This document shows, in pieces, positions 1 to 43,016 of a DNA stretch of 64,000 bases. Location: the NCBI RefSeq assembly GCF_964355755.1, contig NC_092678.1:19671365-19735364 (forward strand), given 5' to 3'. Numbering within the stretch: the stretch's first letter is position 1; every line of letters begins with the position of its first letter. The notes under the pieces were generated by a model. That model worked only from the letters and a program-made list of their open reading frames with translations, did no database searches and had not been told where the DNA came from. The position numbers and the translations under genes were made by a program. Source of the stretch: Antedon mediterranea. Its lineage: Eukaryota; Animalia; Echinodermata.

Positions 1-734
1 TAAAAATCCAGAATACAAAACGAGTTTCATTTTTTATTCATTTACAAGAATTTATCTTTTTAAATTATTTTAATGAAATTATTGTATATAAGTTGTATAA
101 TGTAATGTGTAATAATTATTATAATAAATATAATGGCTATTAAGTTGGAATTGTTATACATTTTCTGTATAATTAGGAACATTTAATAGTGTGTATATAT
201 TGTAAAAAACTTACAAATAAACAGAAGAATCAGGTATCTTTAAATATAATATTTATTTTTATGGATGATTAAAATACTTGTAATTGACTAGAATGAGTGT
301 TAATTTTTGTGTTCGTTTTTAAAAATGTTGTAAATCGACTAAGAGAGATAACGATGCGTTCCACTCCATAACACATGTACATGAATTTAAAATAATATAT
401 TAACAGGAGCATGTGGAGAACGACACGTGGATGCATTTGGATAAAGCAATTGGGCCAGTCACGTTTTGCGAATATGGCACGCATTCGATGCATTAATATA
501 TTTAATGATCTACCTTGACATTTATGATGGCAGCTTATACATGATAAATATAAATATACTGTAAAGTATAAACATGTGATGTTGACATGTGACATGTGAA
601 AGTAGTTCTTCAAAACACGTTTACAAAGCACCCCCTCCCTCGCCAATTTCTCTAGAAGGAGACAAAACAACAAACAGAGGGCGCATTGTGGCAAGAAAAC
701 ATGACGATTACGACAGGAAGCGTGGGCCTATAAT

Positions 735-990
735 GAATTTTTACTCAATGGTATATAAAGTTGGTTCAGCACTAATTGTAACCACCTAATGTAACCCTGT
801 TTATTAATCAATGATTTACCCCAAATAGGGGTTTTTTCCGATCATGATGATATACCGTACACTGTCTACACACAATAATACGATCTCCTTTTACGATAAT
901 TGTTTTTAATAGCTGAAAATTGGTTAAACAGCTCGAGTACAGCATCATAATGTTGAAGACAAGTCGATTTTCTTTAAAATACTATTTTAA
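735..990 (+). repeat. Dispersed repeat shared with 39962-40315
   Basis: GAATTTTTACTC.ATGGTATATAAAGTTGGTTC ... GAGTACAGCATCATAATGTTGAAGAC present at both places. Confidence 0.8.
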
Positions 991-1171
991 TACACGTTTA
1001 TGCAAACGTATTGCTTAGCGATAAATGGAACATTCCAATCTATCAGTCTACAGTATAAATATTTGGTTTATACCATGCGCCCTCATCGGTTGATTGTTAA
1101 ACAGAGTTTTTCTCACACGCAGTTGATCATTACTGATGAGACATAACACGAAAACTTAAAGCGACATCAGC

Positions 1172-30569
<29,398 letters not shown>

Positions 30570-30768
30570 CCAAAACGTAATATTAAATAGTAGGCCTATG
30601 CATTACCAGGGCTTTGTATATATTTCCGCTTAAAAGGCGCTACCAGCAAGACCTCAGTCGGGGTGGAGATGGAAACAAATTATTATACCTATTTACCTCT
30701 TGCAATCAATGTTGTATTTAATTTCAGATATACAGTGAGTATAGTATATATTACAATGACTCTAAAAC

Positions 30769-31168
30769 AAATACAATGACGTCATAACTAAACCATAGCT
30801 GTACCAAACAATATGTTAATAGTGACTTTTTTTAAACATTCGCTTTTATATCGTCATTTGTCGTTATATTTTATTCAGATTGTAATTATTTTGTACAATT
30901 TTGTTGTTGAAACATTGTGATCGTTAAATTTGGATAGAGTAAAAGTAAATCTAAACACATTATTAAAGCGATTTGAAAAATACAATGACGTCATAACTAA
31001 ATCTTAGCTCTACTGTACCGAACAAAACTATGCTGATTTTTTTTTAAACATTCAATTTGCATTTTACTTTTACATCATCTTTTCTTTTATTAAGATTTTA
31101 TTCGGATTGTAATTATTTTTTTGTGAAATTATTTGTCGAAACATTGTGATCGTTAAATTTGGATAGAC
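30769..31168 (+). repeat. ~200 bp tandem duplication downstream of the mGluR stop codon
   Basis: AAATACAATGACGTCATAACTAAA ... GAAACATTGTGATCGTTAAATTTGGATAGA occurs twice. Confidence 0.8.
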
Positions 31169-32961
31169 TAACATACAATAGTAAGCTTTCCCAACGGAAA
31201 ACTACTTGACAGCAAGTCGATTGGATAACGCCACCGGGAACCATCGCTGTGCATCGTAACTGACAACTGCTTAAGATCATAGACACATGCTAAAATCGAT
31301 ATAACAACTGAAAATCTTTAAATCAACTATGACGACACACTGTATTATTTTTAGAATATTTCAGACGATTTAAAATATCTGTTTGGCTTCCTCAATGTAA
31401 TGTTTGTGTCTGGTATAGATGTCCGTAAATCATTCTGACAATCCTTTGTGATTAGAAAATTAGCAAAGCACAATGTGTTTCTTACAAAATGAAAAGTTAT
31501 CAACTATAATGTCGACCAGATTCCAAATTATTTCACAAAATAACAATAGGCCCACAGTGATACCTATACTAATTGAAAAAACACTAATTTGCTTAGTATG
31601 CTTGAGAAAGCACTATAAAGAAAAAGATACATCGAGTTCTGACGGAACAAAATAAGAAATTGAGTGAAAGAAGATATTTTCTCTAAACGGATACCACAGA
31701 TACCAACACAAATGTACATGCATCAAGCATCAACATAACGAATAAGTTCATGTTGTCCTATCTAACTTAAATATTAAAAGTCCAACAAAATAGATTCTAT
31801 TTTTAAAAATGGCAATAGGCCAGCTACAAATACTAATCTTTACGATTTTCGCCACGGAAGAATTACTAGAAAATATGTCGCTACAATCGGGTCAAAAACG
31901 GGTCAATTGCTTATTCTAACTTAATTGAAGAAAAGCAAAATGGTAGAACATCAACATTAACCATATTATATTAGTGTAAGACTTATGGCTTGACGAAGGT
32001 TTAAACGTTGTTTAAAAAAAAGCTTTTACTGTATATAATTGTTATTTATTATACCATTAGGTTGGTTATTTATACAAAGACCTATTATTTATTTATTTAT
32101 TCTGTCTTTATACTGAATGAAATTTTCAGTGCTAAAGCATTGATTTCCAAAGTGGTTCAGTAGAGAAACATTAACAATATAATTCAAAGACAACTAACTA
32201 AGTAATTTACAGTACACACACATTGACAAAACATACAGTAGGCCTTAGTCTGGGTTCCAGACGGAGTTTTGTCTTAATATTAGTAAAAAGATAAATATTT
32301 TGGCACATATGGCGTTTCATACGTATACTACTTGATTTTGGATTTTCAGGAAAAAATCGCGGTCGAAATAAAAACCAATACATTTTAAAAAAAAGATAAT
32401 ACAGACTTGGGGCAAGTCTAAGTAGGCCGACAGTATATATATAAAACAAATGGAAGGAATTCAAGGGAAAAGAAACCAGTAATATTTTGGATTGATTTTT
32501 TAAAAGTTGAAAGCGTCATAGATTTACACTTTGTTTTTGTGTTATTTTAAAGTTTGTTCTATAATTTGATTTATCGATATATACAAAAGTTATTTTACCT
32601 TGTGTATTTTTCCATGATGGTTCAATAAGTGTATTATTACTCTCACTACGTGTACAACATGAGTGCAAGCAATCATTAAAAATAAATGTGATTATTACAA
32701 AGTTATATTAATATTACTCGACAGAATTATAGTCTTTATATCATACAACATTACAACTGTTAATTTCCTGGTGAAATTTGTTCTATTTTTGTTTTGTATG
32801 TTTTGTATATGGATGTACTGAAAGAAAATGAATACGCTCATCAAATTTAAAACTAAACTCAAAACTCATCTCTTCAGAGAAGCATAATCACACGCTACTA
32901 CTTGCACAGATCTTGGAAAACACAGCGCTTTGAAACCTTTGTCTCTTGCGCTTTATAAATG

Positions 32962-32997
<36 letters not shown>

Positions 32998-34840
32998 AAG
33001 AGGAATAATTGGACCAGATGTTAGTAACCAGAACTTGAAAAATTTAGTTAACTAACTATCTCACTAAATATTTAAAGTAATTTATTGCTTATAGAATAAG
33101 TGTTAACTTCGTTGATCGTAAATATTTGAAAATATAGCAAATAAAAAGAAAATACCTACAAGTTACAACGACACTGATAACATGTTCTAAAAAGAAGAAT
33201 ATGTGTTTTTGTTACAATTATTGCGCACACGATCTATGTTCGATGTGTTATGTTATGTCCACTATGTTCAAAGTGTGGAAAGAATCTTCATATATTTTTT
33301 ATTAAAACTTGTTCAATGAAAAAGTCGCTTACAAATAAAACATAATAGAACGCGGAGATTGAAACATAATCAGTAATAAATCATGTTATGGCGATAGGAC
33401 AGGATTAGATTTTAACTGTTAAGAGAACAAATAACAACGACCATTTCCAGGTCCTATACACGTGCGAACGCATTTGACTATAGAACGTTTGTTGTTGCCA
33501 GAGTTTTCAATCAATTATAGTTCTAATTTGTCAAATAAAAGCCATAAATGCGAGATTTCTGTCGAGTGTGTTTCCAATCATTACAGTTTCATGTTATGTT
33601 GTATGTGAAAAAACATGTCAAGTGCATGCACCAGCAATTACCAACTAAGATTCAAAAAACAAACAAATTGTGTGATGTAAAATTACCCCACTTTGCCGAG
33701 TGTCAAAGTAGGCCTAAGATATTGCGGTATACTAAACATGTTATTAGGGAGCTTTCGATCTAGGAACAAGCTAGGTCAGGTCAATCGATGAGTCGATCGT
33801 CTGGACCGTTAGAAACCGCCAAAACTGTGTCGAGGTAGGGAGCGAGATCGAAAGTACATCACAGCTTCCCCCACATGCGTACAATACATTGATATGACCT
33901 AGCTTGACCTAGTATAGGTAATTGGGAATGCAAGGAACATCTACCAATTTCTACAAAAATGGTTGAATTAATTTAAACAGTTGTTAATAGGATATATTGT
34001 TAATCGGTTATTATACGTTTAATTTGTTTCTGGTAACTGAGCTATACTATGAACACCCTCAGGCTTACTCTACCCGGGTAGCTGGGTATAAGTTGGTTTC
34101 TATAAACGAAGCGTTTCAAACGAAAACTTACCCGTATAATAACTATGCCTAAACGGGTCCTACAATAATTATTTTCATTAAAACGATGCCAACGAATACT
34201 ATTTGATTTCTTTGTTATACAAACAACACAGACCTATAATAAAACAATATGAGTCCTATCATTTTTTACAAGAGATAAAATAAACATAAAATAAGCCTAA
34301 ACGGGTCCTACAATAATAATTTAACACGCGTTAATAATTTTTCATTTCGTTGTTATGCAAACACATGCCTATAATAAGCCACTATAATAATAAGTCCTAA
34401 ATTGTACACTATTACTGTTTTTTATCATCAGTTTTACAAGGGATAAAATACACAAAAAATATACATGCAAAGCCAAATAATATTACAAATTATAAGAATG
34501 ACAAAAACGCATGGTAATTTATTCACATCTTTACCATTAAACACAATACAATAAAGGCCTACAAAATATATGTTCGTACTTGACATTCTGTAGAAAATAA
34601 ATTAATAGGCAGGTTTTTAAAAAGTATTGAGAAGCAAATGTTTCAAGGAAAATATATTATTTGTATGATCTCTTATCCGTGCGACCCACTTCTTACGAGC
34701 GATTCTTAGGCCTAACACAAGACGTCACATATTTGATTTTTTTTGCCTGTGTTTTGGATTCGTTCGATACGACGATGTAACCTTTGCGGGAAAATGTTAA
34801 AGCGTGTGTACAGGTACCGGTACTGCTCATTTATTATACA

Positions 34841-36214
34841 GGAGGTGTGGGGAGGGAGGAAGGTGTGGGGACGGAGGAATGTGTGGGGAGGCAGGAAGGT
34901 GTGGGGAGGCAGGAAGGTGTGGGGAGGGAGGAAGGTGTGGGGAGGGAGGAAGGTGTGGGGAGGGAGGAAGGTGTGGGGAGGGAGGAAGGTGTGGGGGAGG
35001 GAGGAAGGTGTGGGGAGGGAGGAAGGTGTGGGGGAGGGAGGAAGGTGTGGGGGAGGGAGGAAGGTGTGGGGAGGGAGGAAGGTGTGGGGAGGGAGGAAGG
35101 TGTAGGGAGGGAGGAAGGTGTGGGAGGGAGGGTGGTGTGGGGAGGGAGGAAGGTGTGGGGAGGGAGGAAGGTGTGGGGAGGGAGGAAGGTGTGGGGAGGG
35201 AGGAAGGTGTGGGGAGGGAGGAAGGTGTGGGGAGGGAGGAAGGTGTGGGGGGGAGGGAGGAAGGTGTGGGGGGAGGGAGGAAGGTGTGGGGGGAGGGAGG
35301 AAGGTGTGGGGAGGGAGGGAGGAAGGTGTGGGGAGGGAGGGAGGTGTGGGGAGGGAGGGAGGAAGGTGTGGGAGGGAGGGTGGTGTGGGGAGGGAGGGAG
35401 GTGTGGGAGGGAGGGAGGTGTGGGGAGGGAGGGAGGTGTGGGGAGGGAAGGAGGTGTGGGGAGGGAGGGAGGTGTGGGGAGGGAGGGAGGTGTGGGGAGG
35501 GAGGGAGGTGTGGGGAGGGAGGGAGGTGTGGGGAGGGAGGGAGGTGTGGGGGGAGGGAGGGAGGAAGGTGTGGGGGGAGGGAGGAAGGTGTGGGGGGAGG
35601 GAGGAAGGTGTGGGAGGGTGGAAGGTGTGGGGAGGGTGGAAGGTGTGGGGAGGGTGGAAGGTGTGGGGAGGGTGGAAGGTGTGGGGAGGGAGGTTGGTGT
35701 GGGGAGGGAGGAAGGTGTGGGGAGGGAGGAAGGTGTGGGGGAGGGAGGAAGGTGTGGGGGGAGGGAGGAAGGTGTGGGGGGAGGGAGGAAGGTGTGGGGA
35801 GGGAGGAAGGTGTGGGGAGGGAGGAAGGTGTGGGGAGGGAGGGTGGTGTGGGGGGAAGGGAGGAAGGTGTGGGGAGGGAGGAAGGTATGGGGAGGGAGGA
35901 AGGTATGGGGAGGGAGGAAGGTGTGGGAGGGAGGGAGGTGTGGGGAGGGAGGGAGGTGTGGGGAGGGAGGAAGGTGTGGGGAGGGAGGAAGGTGTGGGGA
36001 GGGAGGAAGGTGTGGGGAGGGAGGAAGGTGTGGGGAGGGAGGAAGGTGTGGGGAGGGAGGAAGGTGTGGGGAGGGAGGAAGGTGTGGGGGAGGGAGGAAG
36101 GTGTGGGGGGAAGGGAGGAAGGTGTGGGGGGAGGAAGGTGTGGGGAGGGAGGAAGGTGTGGGAGGGAGGGTGGTGTGGGGAGGGAGGAAGGTGTGGGGAG
36201 GGAGGGAGGTGTGG
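34841..36214 (+). repeat. G-rich minisatellite, 18 bp unit GGAGGAAGGTGTGGGGAG, roughly 75 copies
   Basis: Directly visible; variants differ in G-run length and GGAA/GGGA/GGGT substitutions; almost no C on the + strand. Confidence 0.97.
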
Positions 36215-36329
36215 ATTGGTGTCATTGGGGAGAAGTAGGGACTCTCTATGAGTATAAGGAAATACTCAATGAGAGTTTTTGGAAAAACCTAAAAATATTC
36301 ATTTGTATTCGTAAATGTAATCCTAATTT

Positions 36330-36525
36330 GAGCTCAAGCTTAAAAAGAAAACTGTGGAAATTAGGATCAGGAGGTCCTCTCAACAAGCAGTGCAGCGCCT
36401 AACCAGATGAACTACATTGGCTGCGCACAAGTACACCGGGGTAACCCCCTACTCTTCCGAAAAACACACTGAGGACGAGCCAAATACGTAATGAACCTCT
36501 AGCTTGAAGTCCTCATCCGAGTATG
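36330..36525 (-). mobile_element. Partial Deu-domain-like SINE (second family)
   Basis: Minus strand reads CTCGGATGAGGACTTCAAGCTAGAGGTTC...GAAGAGTAGGGGTTACCCCGGTGTA; a related 3' fragment lies at ~57190-57290. Confidence 0.6.
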
Positions 36526-36825
36526 TGGCGACGTGGGCATTGTAACTACGGTACTTGTGTGATGTTCCTCTTAGACCGTAGAATGAAATCAGGAATTGAA
36601 TGAAATATATAAGAGATGTGTTTATTTATGCTTTGACGAGAGCAATATATACTTAATATACACTTAAGTACACTTACTTGCTCTTAAAGGTAAACATCGT
36701 GTAAAGTTGTCCTCTTTTGAATATAACCGTTTCTTGTTAATTCCACATGGATTAAAATTTAACTTCACGGTAAGTTAACATCACCTAGCTATCAAAACGA
36801 TAGGTTAAATCCGAATTTCTTCACA

Positions 36826-37360
36826 ATGCGATCAACAAAAACACATAAACACGACACCCTATGACCTGGTATTCAGCGATTCTAATTTGCATATTACCAG
36901 CTGGCATGTTTCGGTTTAGTTGTTCTCACCTGCCCTCAACTAATCTTTCATGATTTTCTTCAACAAAAACACATAAACGACAACACATGACTCGGTATGA
37001 TCACTCACCGATTCTAATTTGCATATTACCAGCTGGCATGTTTTGGTTGCCCTTAAATAATCGTTCATGATTTTCTTCCCAATGCGATCAACAAAAAACA
37101 CATAAACGACAACATGATCACTCACCGATTATAATTTGCATATTACCAGCTGGCATGTTTTGGTTGCCCTCAACTAATCTTTCATGATTTTCTTCGCAAT
37201 GCGATCAACAAAAACACATACACGACAACACATGACTCGGTATGACCACTCACCGATTCTAATTTGCATATTACCAACTGGCATGTTTCGGTTTAGTTGT
37301 TAGTTGGTCGCCTAGGAACTAATCTCTTATGAATTTCTTTAAGATGTGATCAACAAAAAC
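36826..37360 (+). repeat. Tandem repeat of ~120-135 bp units, 4+ copies
   Basis: Repeated CAACAAAAACACATAAACGAC...CGATTCTAATTTGCATATTACCAGCTGGCATGTTT; the last unit is split by the MULE-like insertion. Confidence 0.88.
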
Positions 37361-38433
37361 GGGTGTCACGAAAGCTCAGACCCCCTAAGACCTAAGATCA
37401 CGAAAGCTAAGACCCAACACCTAAGATTACAAATATTTATCTTTCGCACCTGCCTTGTATTTTAACTCCCAACATTTTTATTCTGAATACCACACCTTAG
37501 AATTGGCACTTTCATGAAAAAGAATCACATAAAAAGTAACAAATACATTTTTAAATTGATGATTTTACAGACGTTTTTCTCGCACACAAAATGACTAGCC
37601 TACAGTACAGTAGGCCTACCCCATGGGCCATGTTCAATGTTTTTGTTTCTATGGAACGTCAAAAGAGCAAAAATTATATAGAGGGCTGAAAACTCTGTGG
37701 AGTCCATCTACAGTGTGGATGGAACAATGTAAAATTAAAATTGTTATGATAATAGTATAATCATGCAAGTACGAAGAAATAAATACTGGCAAATAAATTT
37801 TAATTTAAAAATCATGATAAGTTTTTTTGTTTCGTTTTCTTTCTGTTTTTATACTTGTACTATTATTGTTGCTCTTTTGGCGCTCCATAGAAACAAAAAC
37901 ATTGAGCATGGGGAGCTCGAGGAGTTACATTGTCATTACAGTATACAAAGAAACACATCTGTAAAATCATCAATTTAAAGGATTTATTTATTTGTTATTA
38001 TGTGTTTCTCCTTCTGAAAGTACTTATAAGTCCTAATTTTAAAGTGTGGTGTTCAGGATAAAGTTAGTCAACAAATTTGGAGTCAAAATACAAGAAAGGC
38101 AGGTGCGTAAGAAAAACATCCTCTGAACCAACACAATGGAGTAAATATATACCAACAAACAACCCGTCAAGTTTGTTTGTTGTAAAGAAAAAATATACAT
38201 TTACTCAACGGGCGAAAATAATGTGAGTTTATCTATGTTTTTCGGTAGTATTAAATTATATTTATGGTAATAAATGAAACCTACTGTGTTTAAAATTATG
38301 TATGGATAAACAAGTATTGTTTTTAAGCTGTAGTATATCTTAGTATTTGTAATCTTAGGTGTTGGGTCTTAGCTTTCGTGATCTTAGGTCTTAGGGGGTC
38401 TGAGCTTTCGTGGTCTGAGCTTTCGTGACACCC
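37361..38433. mobile_element. Foldback / Mutator(MULE)-like non-autonomous element with 10 bp TSD
   Basis: TIR GGGTGTCACGAAAGCTCAGACC... mirrored at 38344-38433; CAACAAAAAC duplicated on both sides (37351-37360, 38434-38443); further internal inverted arms (37630-37678 vs 37861-37911). Confidence 0.88.
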
Positions 38434-40331
38434 CAACAAAAACGCAAAAAAGTTGCTACAGTAGTTGTTTTCATAAACCACACGATATCTTATCGATCGC
38501 TTTTTAGTTACATATATTGCGGAACCATGCTCTGTTTCTTACGACATATAGTTTTAAATGCGATTACACGGCATCTATATATAAATTATGGTTAATTCTG
38601 ACATAGGCGAGCACAATGCAAAAACTTCTCTACAAATCTCCACCTTGGATACCTACCTTATCTATCCGAGATGTACCGCGAAACGTAGATTTGATAACAT
38701 TAGTGTGCACGCCGACGCTATTGTTCCATATTTATATCTTAGGAAGATATTATAAAGAGTTTTTTAACAACATTTATGATTTCAACATTGGATTTTCCTC
38801 TCAATTTCAATTCTTCCCGGTCAAAGTAATTTCCGGGTTTAAGATAAGTTCACCTTAGTTTAAAATATTTTCTCTCTTTTATACACAAGGGAGCAGTTAA
38901 AATAATAGATTTGACCCTAAAGGTGACTGGAAACAGGCACTTTCCATCAATCAATACAGTGTCCCTTTGGAAGACGAAAAAAAAATTGGCCATTAATCAT
39001 AGCCATTTCAGTTTTTTGTTTATTTTAAAACATACCACACGTGTGTGAAGGTACAGTAGTTAAATAATAGGAATTATACTGCAAATTAATAAAGATCAAA
39101 TTAAATATACGCCATAAAGAATCAGAATATATTGTGGGAAATAGTATTATAAAATTACATAGGGAGATTTGACAGACTTTTTTCGAGTGAAATCCCGATA
39201 GCTGAGTTTTATTGAGTAAGCTTGCAGGAATAACTGTAGGCTATCTTTCTGTGTCCCGTTAGGACCGAGATGTCTGCCCATGTTGCAAGCCGTAATGTCT
39301 TCTTTCTTGGGCCCACTCTGTCACGGCAGTTAGTTTCAAAAGATGATTAAATTAAATAATGTATTAATAATTATTAGGATGGTATTCATTTGAATAAACG
39401 CCTCTCCAATAAAACATCACTTTGAATAATAACCCCCCCCCCCACCCCCCCCCCCCCCCCCACAACCCAACTATCTAATAAACGTCCATCCACATATTTA
39501 TAATAACACAATTATACTATTTGTAGTAGAATTCACCGCACTGTTATCTGCAATTTACCAAGCATTTGTTATTCTTTTTTACCACTTTTCATATCTATGA
39601 GAGGATTTCATTTGATTATAAATGTTACCATATTATTAGAACTAAAAAATTTAACATATATCCCTCGAATAAGCACCTCCCTCAAATGACCTCCGCCTCC
39701 CCAAAGGGCCCTACCAAACAATAAAAACTATACTTTAAAATGTTATTAATCATCTAAAACACTGTGAAACAAAGTAGTTTAGTTTTACGAATGTCAAGCA
39801 TTTTCAATAATGGTAACCGACAGAAAATGTATAAGGAGAACATTATCATTCCGAGAACCATCGTCTACACTTCCTAGAGGGGGAGCGAGCGAAGCGAGCT
39901 CACCCTCTAGTTTATATATAAATTTACGTAAGGGCAAAATTCGGTAAATCGCGCCTTACTTCTAGAATTTTTACTCGATGGTATATAAAGTTGGTTCGTA
40001 CTTTCGGTACTGATTTTAACCACCTGATGTAACCCTGTTTACTAATTAAATTAAGTTAGATAATTAGTTATTGACGATTAAAACGAATTTAGGTTCAACG
40101 ATTTGCCCCAAATAGGAGTGTTTTCAGATCGTGGTATACACTGTCTAATGGATGTCCATCTTGAAAAATACCCGCCACAAAAATGAGAGGAGGCTTCGCA
40201 TTTTCCTATCTCCTCCTACGATAATTGTTTTTAATAGCTGAAAACCGGTTGAACAGCTAGAGTACAGCATCATAATGTTGAAGACAGGCCGATTTTCTTA
40301 AAAAAATACTATTTTGATAGATTTAATATTA

Positions 40332-43016
40332 GTCCAGTCCCTAAGGGGAAATGATGTTACCATAGTGGATACAAGTGTGCCCTTTGGCATGTTGATAGAA
40401 CATGATATGGAGATACCAAAACAAAGTTACTGGAAATCTGATTTGACCTCTGTGACCTCTGACCTCAATTTTTATATTTCTATCTTAAACAGCCATATCT
40501 CCGCAACGGGTTTGACAATTGAAATGATATTGGTGTCAAACAGATGAGAGGGTACATATTTATATTCGCTGTAATAGAACTTTTTTCCAAAAAATGCCCG
40601 GAAATGTAATTTCTCAATGTTTTGACCTTTGACCTCGGCTTACTATATCTCAATAACTACTGGTCAAAATTTCTTGAAATTTGTTTCAAATTGTTAAGAG
40701 CATACATATTTATATATACTCTAATTAAACATGTTCTTCCAAATCCACAGGAAATGTCATTTACTGACCTTTGACCTTTAATGTTTAAATATGTCTGTAT
40801 CTCTGTAACCAAATGTCATAAAAAGTTCAACTTGGTGTCAAAATGTTCAAAATGTAAACATTTATATTTTTACTGGAAATGCCAGTTTGAGGTATGACCA
40901 GGATATACTGTTAAGCGTGCGTGTGTCATACTTATAATAATATACCTAAAATATAGATTTAATGGACCAGAACTACACTCAATATCCTATCTAGCCTTTT
41001 ACAATTTTTTTAAAACTTAATGTTTAATTTAATTTCAATATATAATTCCATCGCATGGTAGGCCTACACCGTAAGAGCAACACTTAATATCAACAAAAAA
41101 TTAAATAAACTTAAAAGTTAAATAACATTAAAAAAAAAGAAAGAAAATCAGGATCTTAAAGAAAGAAAAATTAACCAATGCGATTTGATACTCATAAAAC
41201 ATATGACCTAATTATCAATTAATTGCTTGAAGTATGCTGACAAAATAAAATGTTTGAAACAGTGAGGAAAAAGCGAAGAAAAGAAAAACATATGTTTAAA
41301 ATATTAGAAATCTGAAAAGGATCAAAGACAAATTAATTACAAAGCTGATTTCTTTTCAAGAACATACTGTAGTGGAATATAAAAGGAAAACAAACCAGTG
41401 AGCAGTCAAAATTACCATCTTGGCTTGATGAGGCAATAACACATCCAGCTCATAACACTATACAACAAAATCTTTGAAACCAGAAGAAATTAAGAGAAGC
41501 AATGATAATTATACTTTAATCCACAAAAACATGACAAAACTGACATCAACCATTACCGACCAAACGAACATTATCACATGTACACAAATAATTTACAAAA
41601 GTAATCAAAAAACAAAATCAGAGACCGACTAGAAGTAAATAAACCAATATATAAGGCTTTATACAGTAGGACCATCTTATACAGTTGGTCAATCAACTAA
41701 AATAAAAAGGAAATTTAACCAAAATCACAATTGACTTCCAGCCTCTTTTTTGCTTTAAATTACAGTTTTTTTGGGTATGCACTATATCATTTTTTTTTCA
41801 ATCCAATTTTTGGTGAAACTATTATGTGTGACATTAAAATTGCATATTCAACAAAAATATTTGTCAAAATTACTTTTGTCAGGGGGAAAATAAGTATATC
41901 TTTAATAGCATGTGATATTATTAGCAAATATTTCAAATGTAGTTTTAAAACTTTCCCATTACAAACAATTGCCATAATTCTGATAACATTACAATACACC
42001 CATCCTCTGGGACTTATTTTCAAATGTAGCTAAAAACTTTCCAGTACAATTCCGGTCATTTTGATGTGTATAGATGCATGCAGTAGCATTGGAAAGGCGA
42101 GAGAGGGGGAGGTGGTTGGGGTGATGGAGAGACACATATGTTTTACATGTTTGTCTACACTATAAACTAGTTTAACAAAAAAGGTGTGATGTGCCCAAAT
42201 ATGGTAGTGATATGTCATTCATCGTGTCCATATATGGGCACATCACATTTTTTTGTCGCATAAAAATGTTATAGTGTAGACAAATTCTAATATTTGTGTA
42301 ACATGTAACAAAAATATGTGTCTCTCCATCCACCCCAACCCCCTCCCCTCTCTCGATCTCTTTTTTTAGATTATTAATTGCTAAATATATGCAAAACGAT
42401 GGGTCATAGCTCAAAATGACATTTCCAATTGAATTCTGACAAAATATTTTGTTCGAGCAAATATAAATGTGTATATTCTAAACAATTTGACACCAAACTT
42501 AACTTTTTAGGACAAATAGTTACCGAGATATTGACATATTCAAACATTAGAGGTCAAGGGTCAAAAAAGCTTAATTTATGGTAATTTTTTGAAAAAAGTT
42601 TCTATTAGACTAAATATTAGATTTATTTTCTTAACATTTTGAGCCCATTCTCAAATCTCTGAGAGTGCGTGTTATTGAGATATTAGGCAATCAAGGTCAA
42701 AGGTCAAACTGAAAAATAAAGCCTTTGCGGCCATTTTTGTACAATTATTTTCATTATAGCGAATATAAATATATATCTTCCAAGCATTTAAAAAAAAAAT
42801 AAATGTAAAATGTCCCTGCGTTGTCAAGATATGGCGATTTTTAGTTATATAATAGAAAAATATAAAAATTGAGGTCAGAGGTCACAGAGGTCAAATCAGA
42901 TTTCCAGTAACTTTGTTTTGGCATCTCCACACTATACTCTACCAAACTGCTATACTGAAAAATTTGTATCCAGTTTGGTAACATCCCACCCCTTTTTCTC
43001 CCCTTAGGGACTGGAC
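40332..43016. mobile_element. 2.7 kb TA-flanked foldback DNA element with long imperfect inverted arms
   Basis: TA|GTCCAGTCCCTAAGGGGA ... TCCCCTTAGGGACTGGAC|TA; subterminal arm 40411-40478 mirrored at 42859-42927; no transposase ORF; nested family A MITE at 42152-42281. Confidence 0.85.

Noticed and set aside
269-694. 141-aa minus-strand ORF
   Set aside because: No recognisable motif, non-ATG start, composition typical of AT-rich non-coding DNA.
34743-36402. Five long ORFs (up to 532 aa) across the G-rich tract
   Set aside because: They are translations of an 18 bp stop-free minisatellite open in several frames on both strands; no coding signal.
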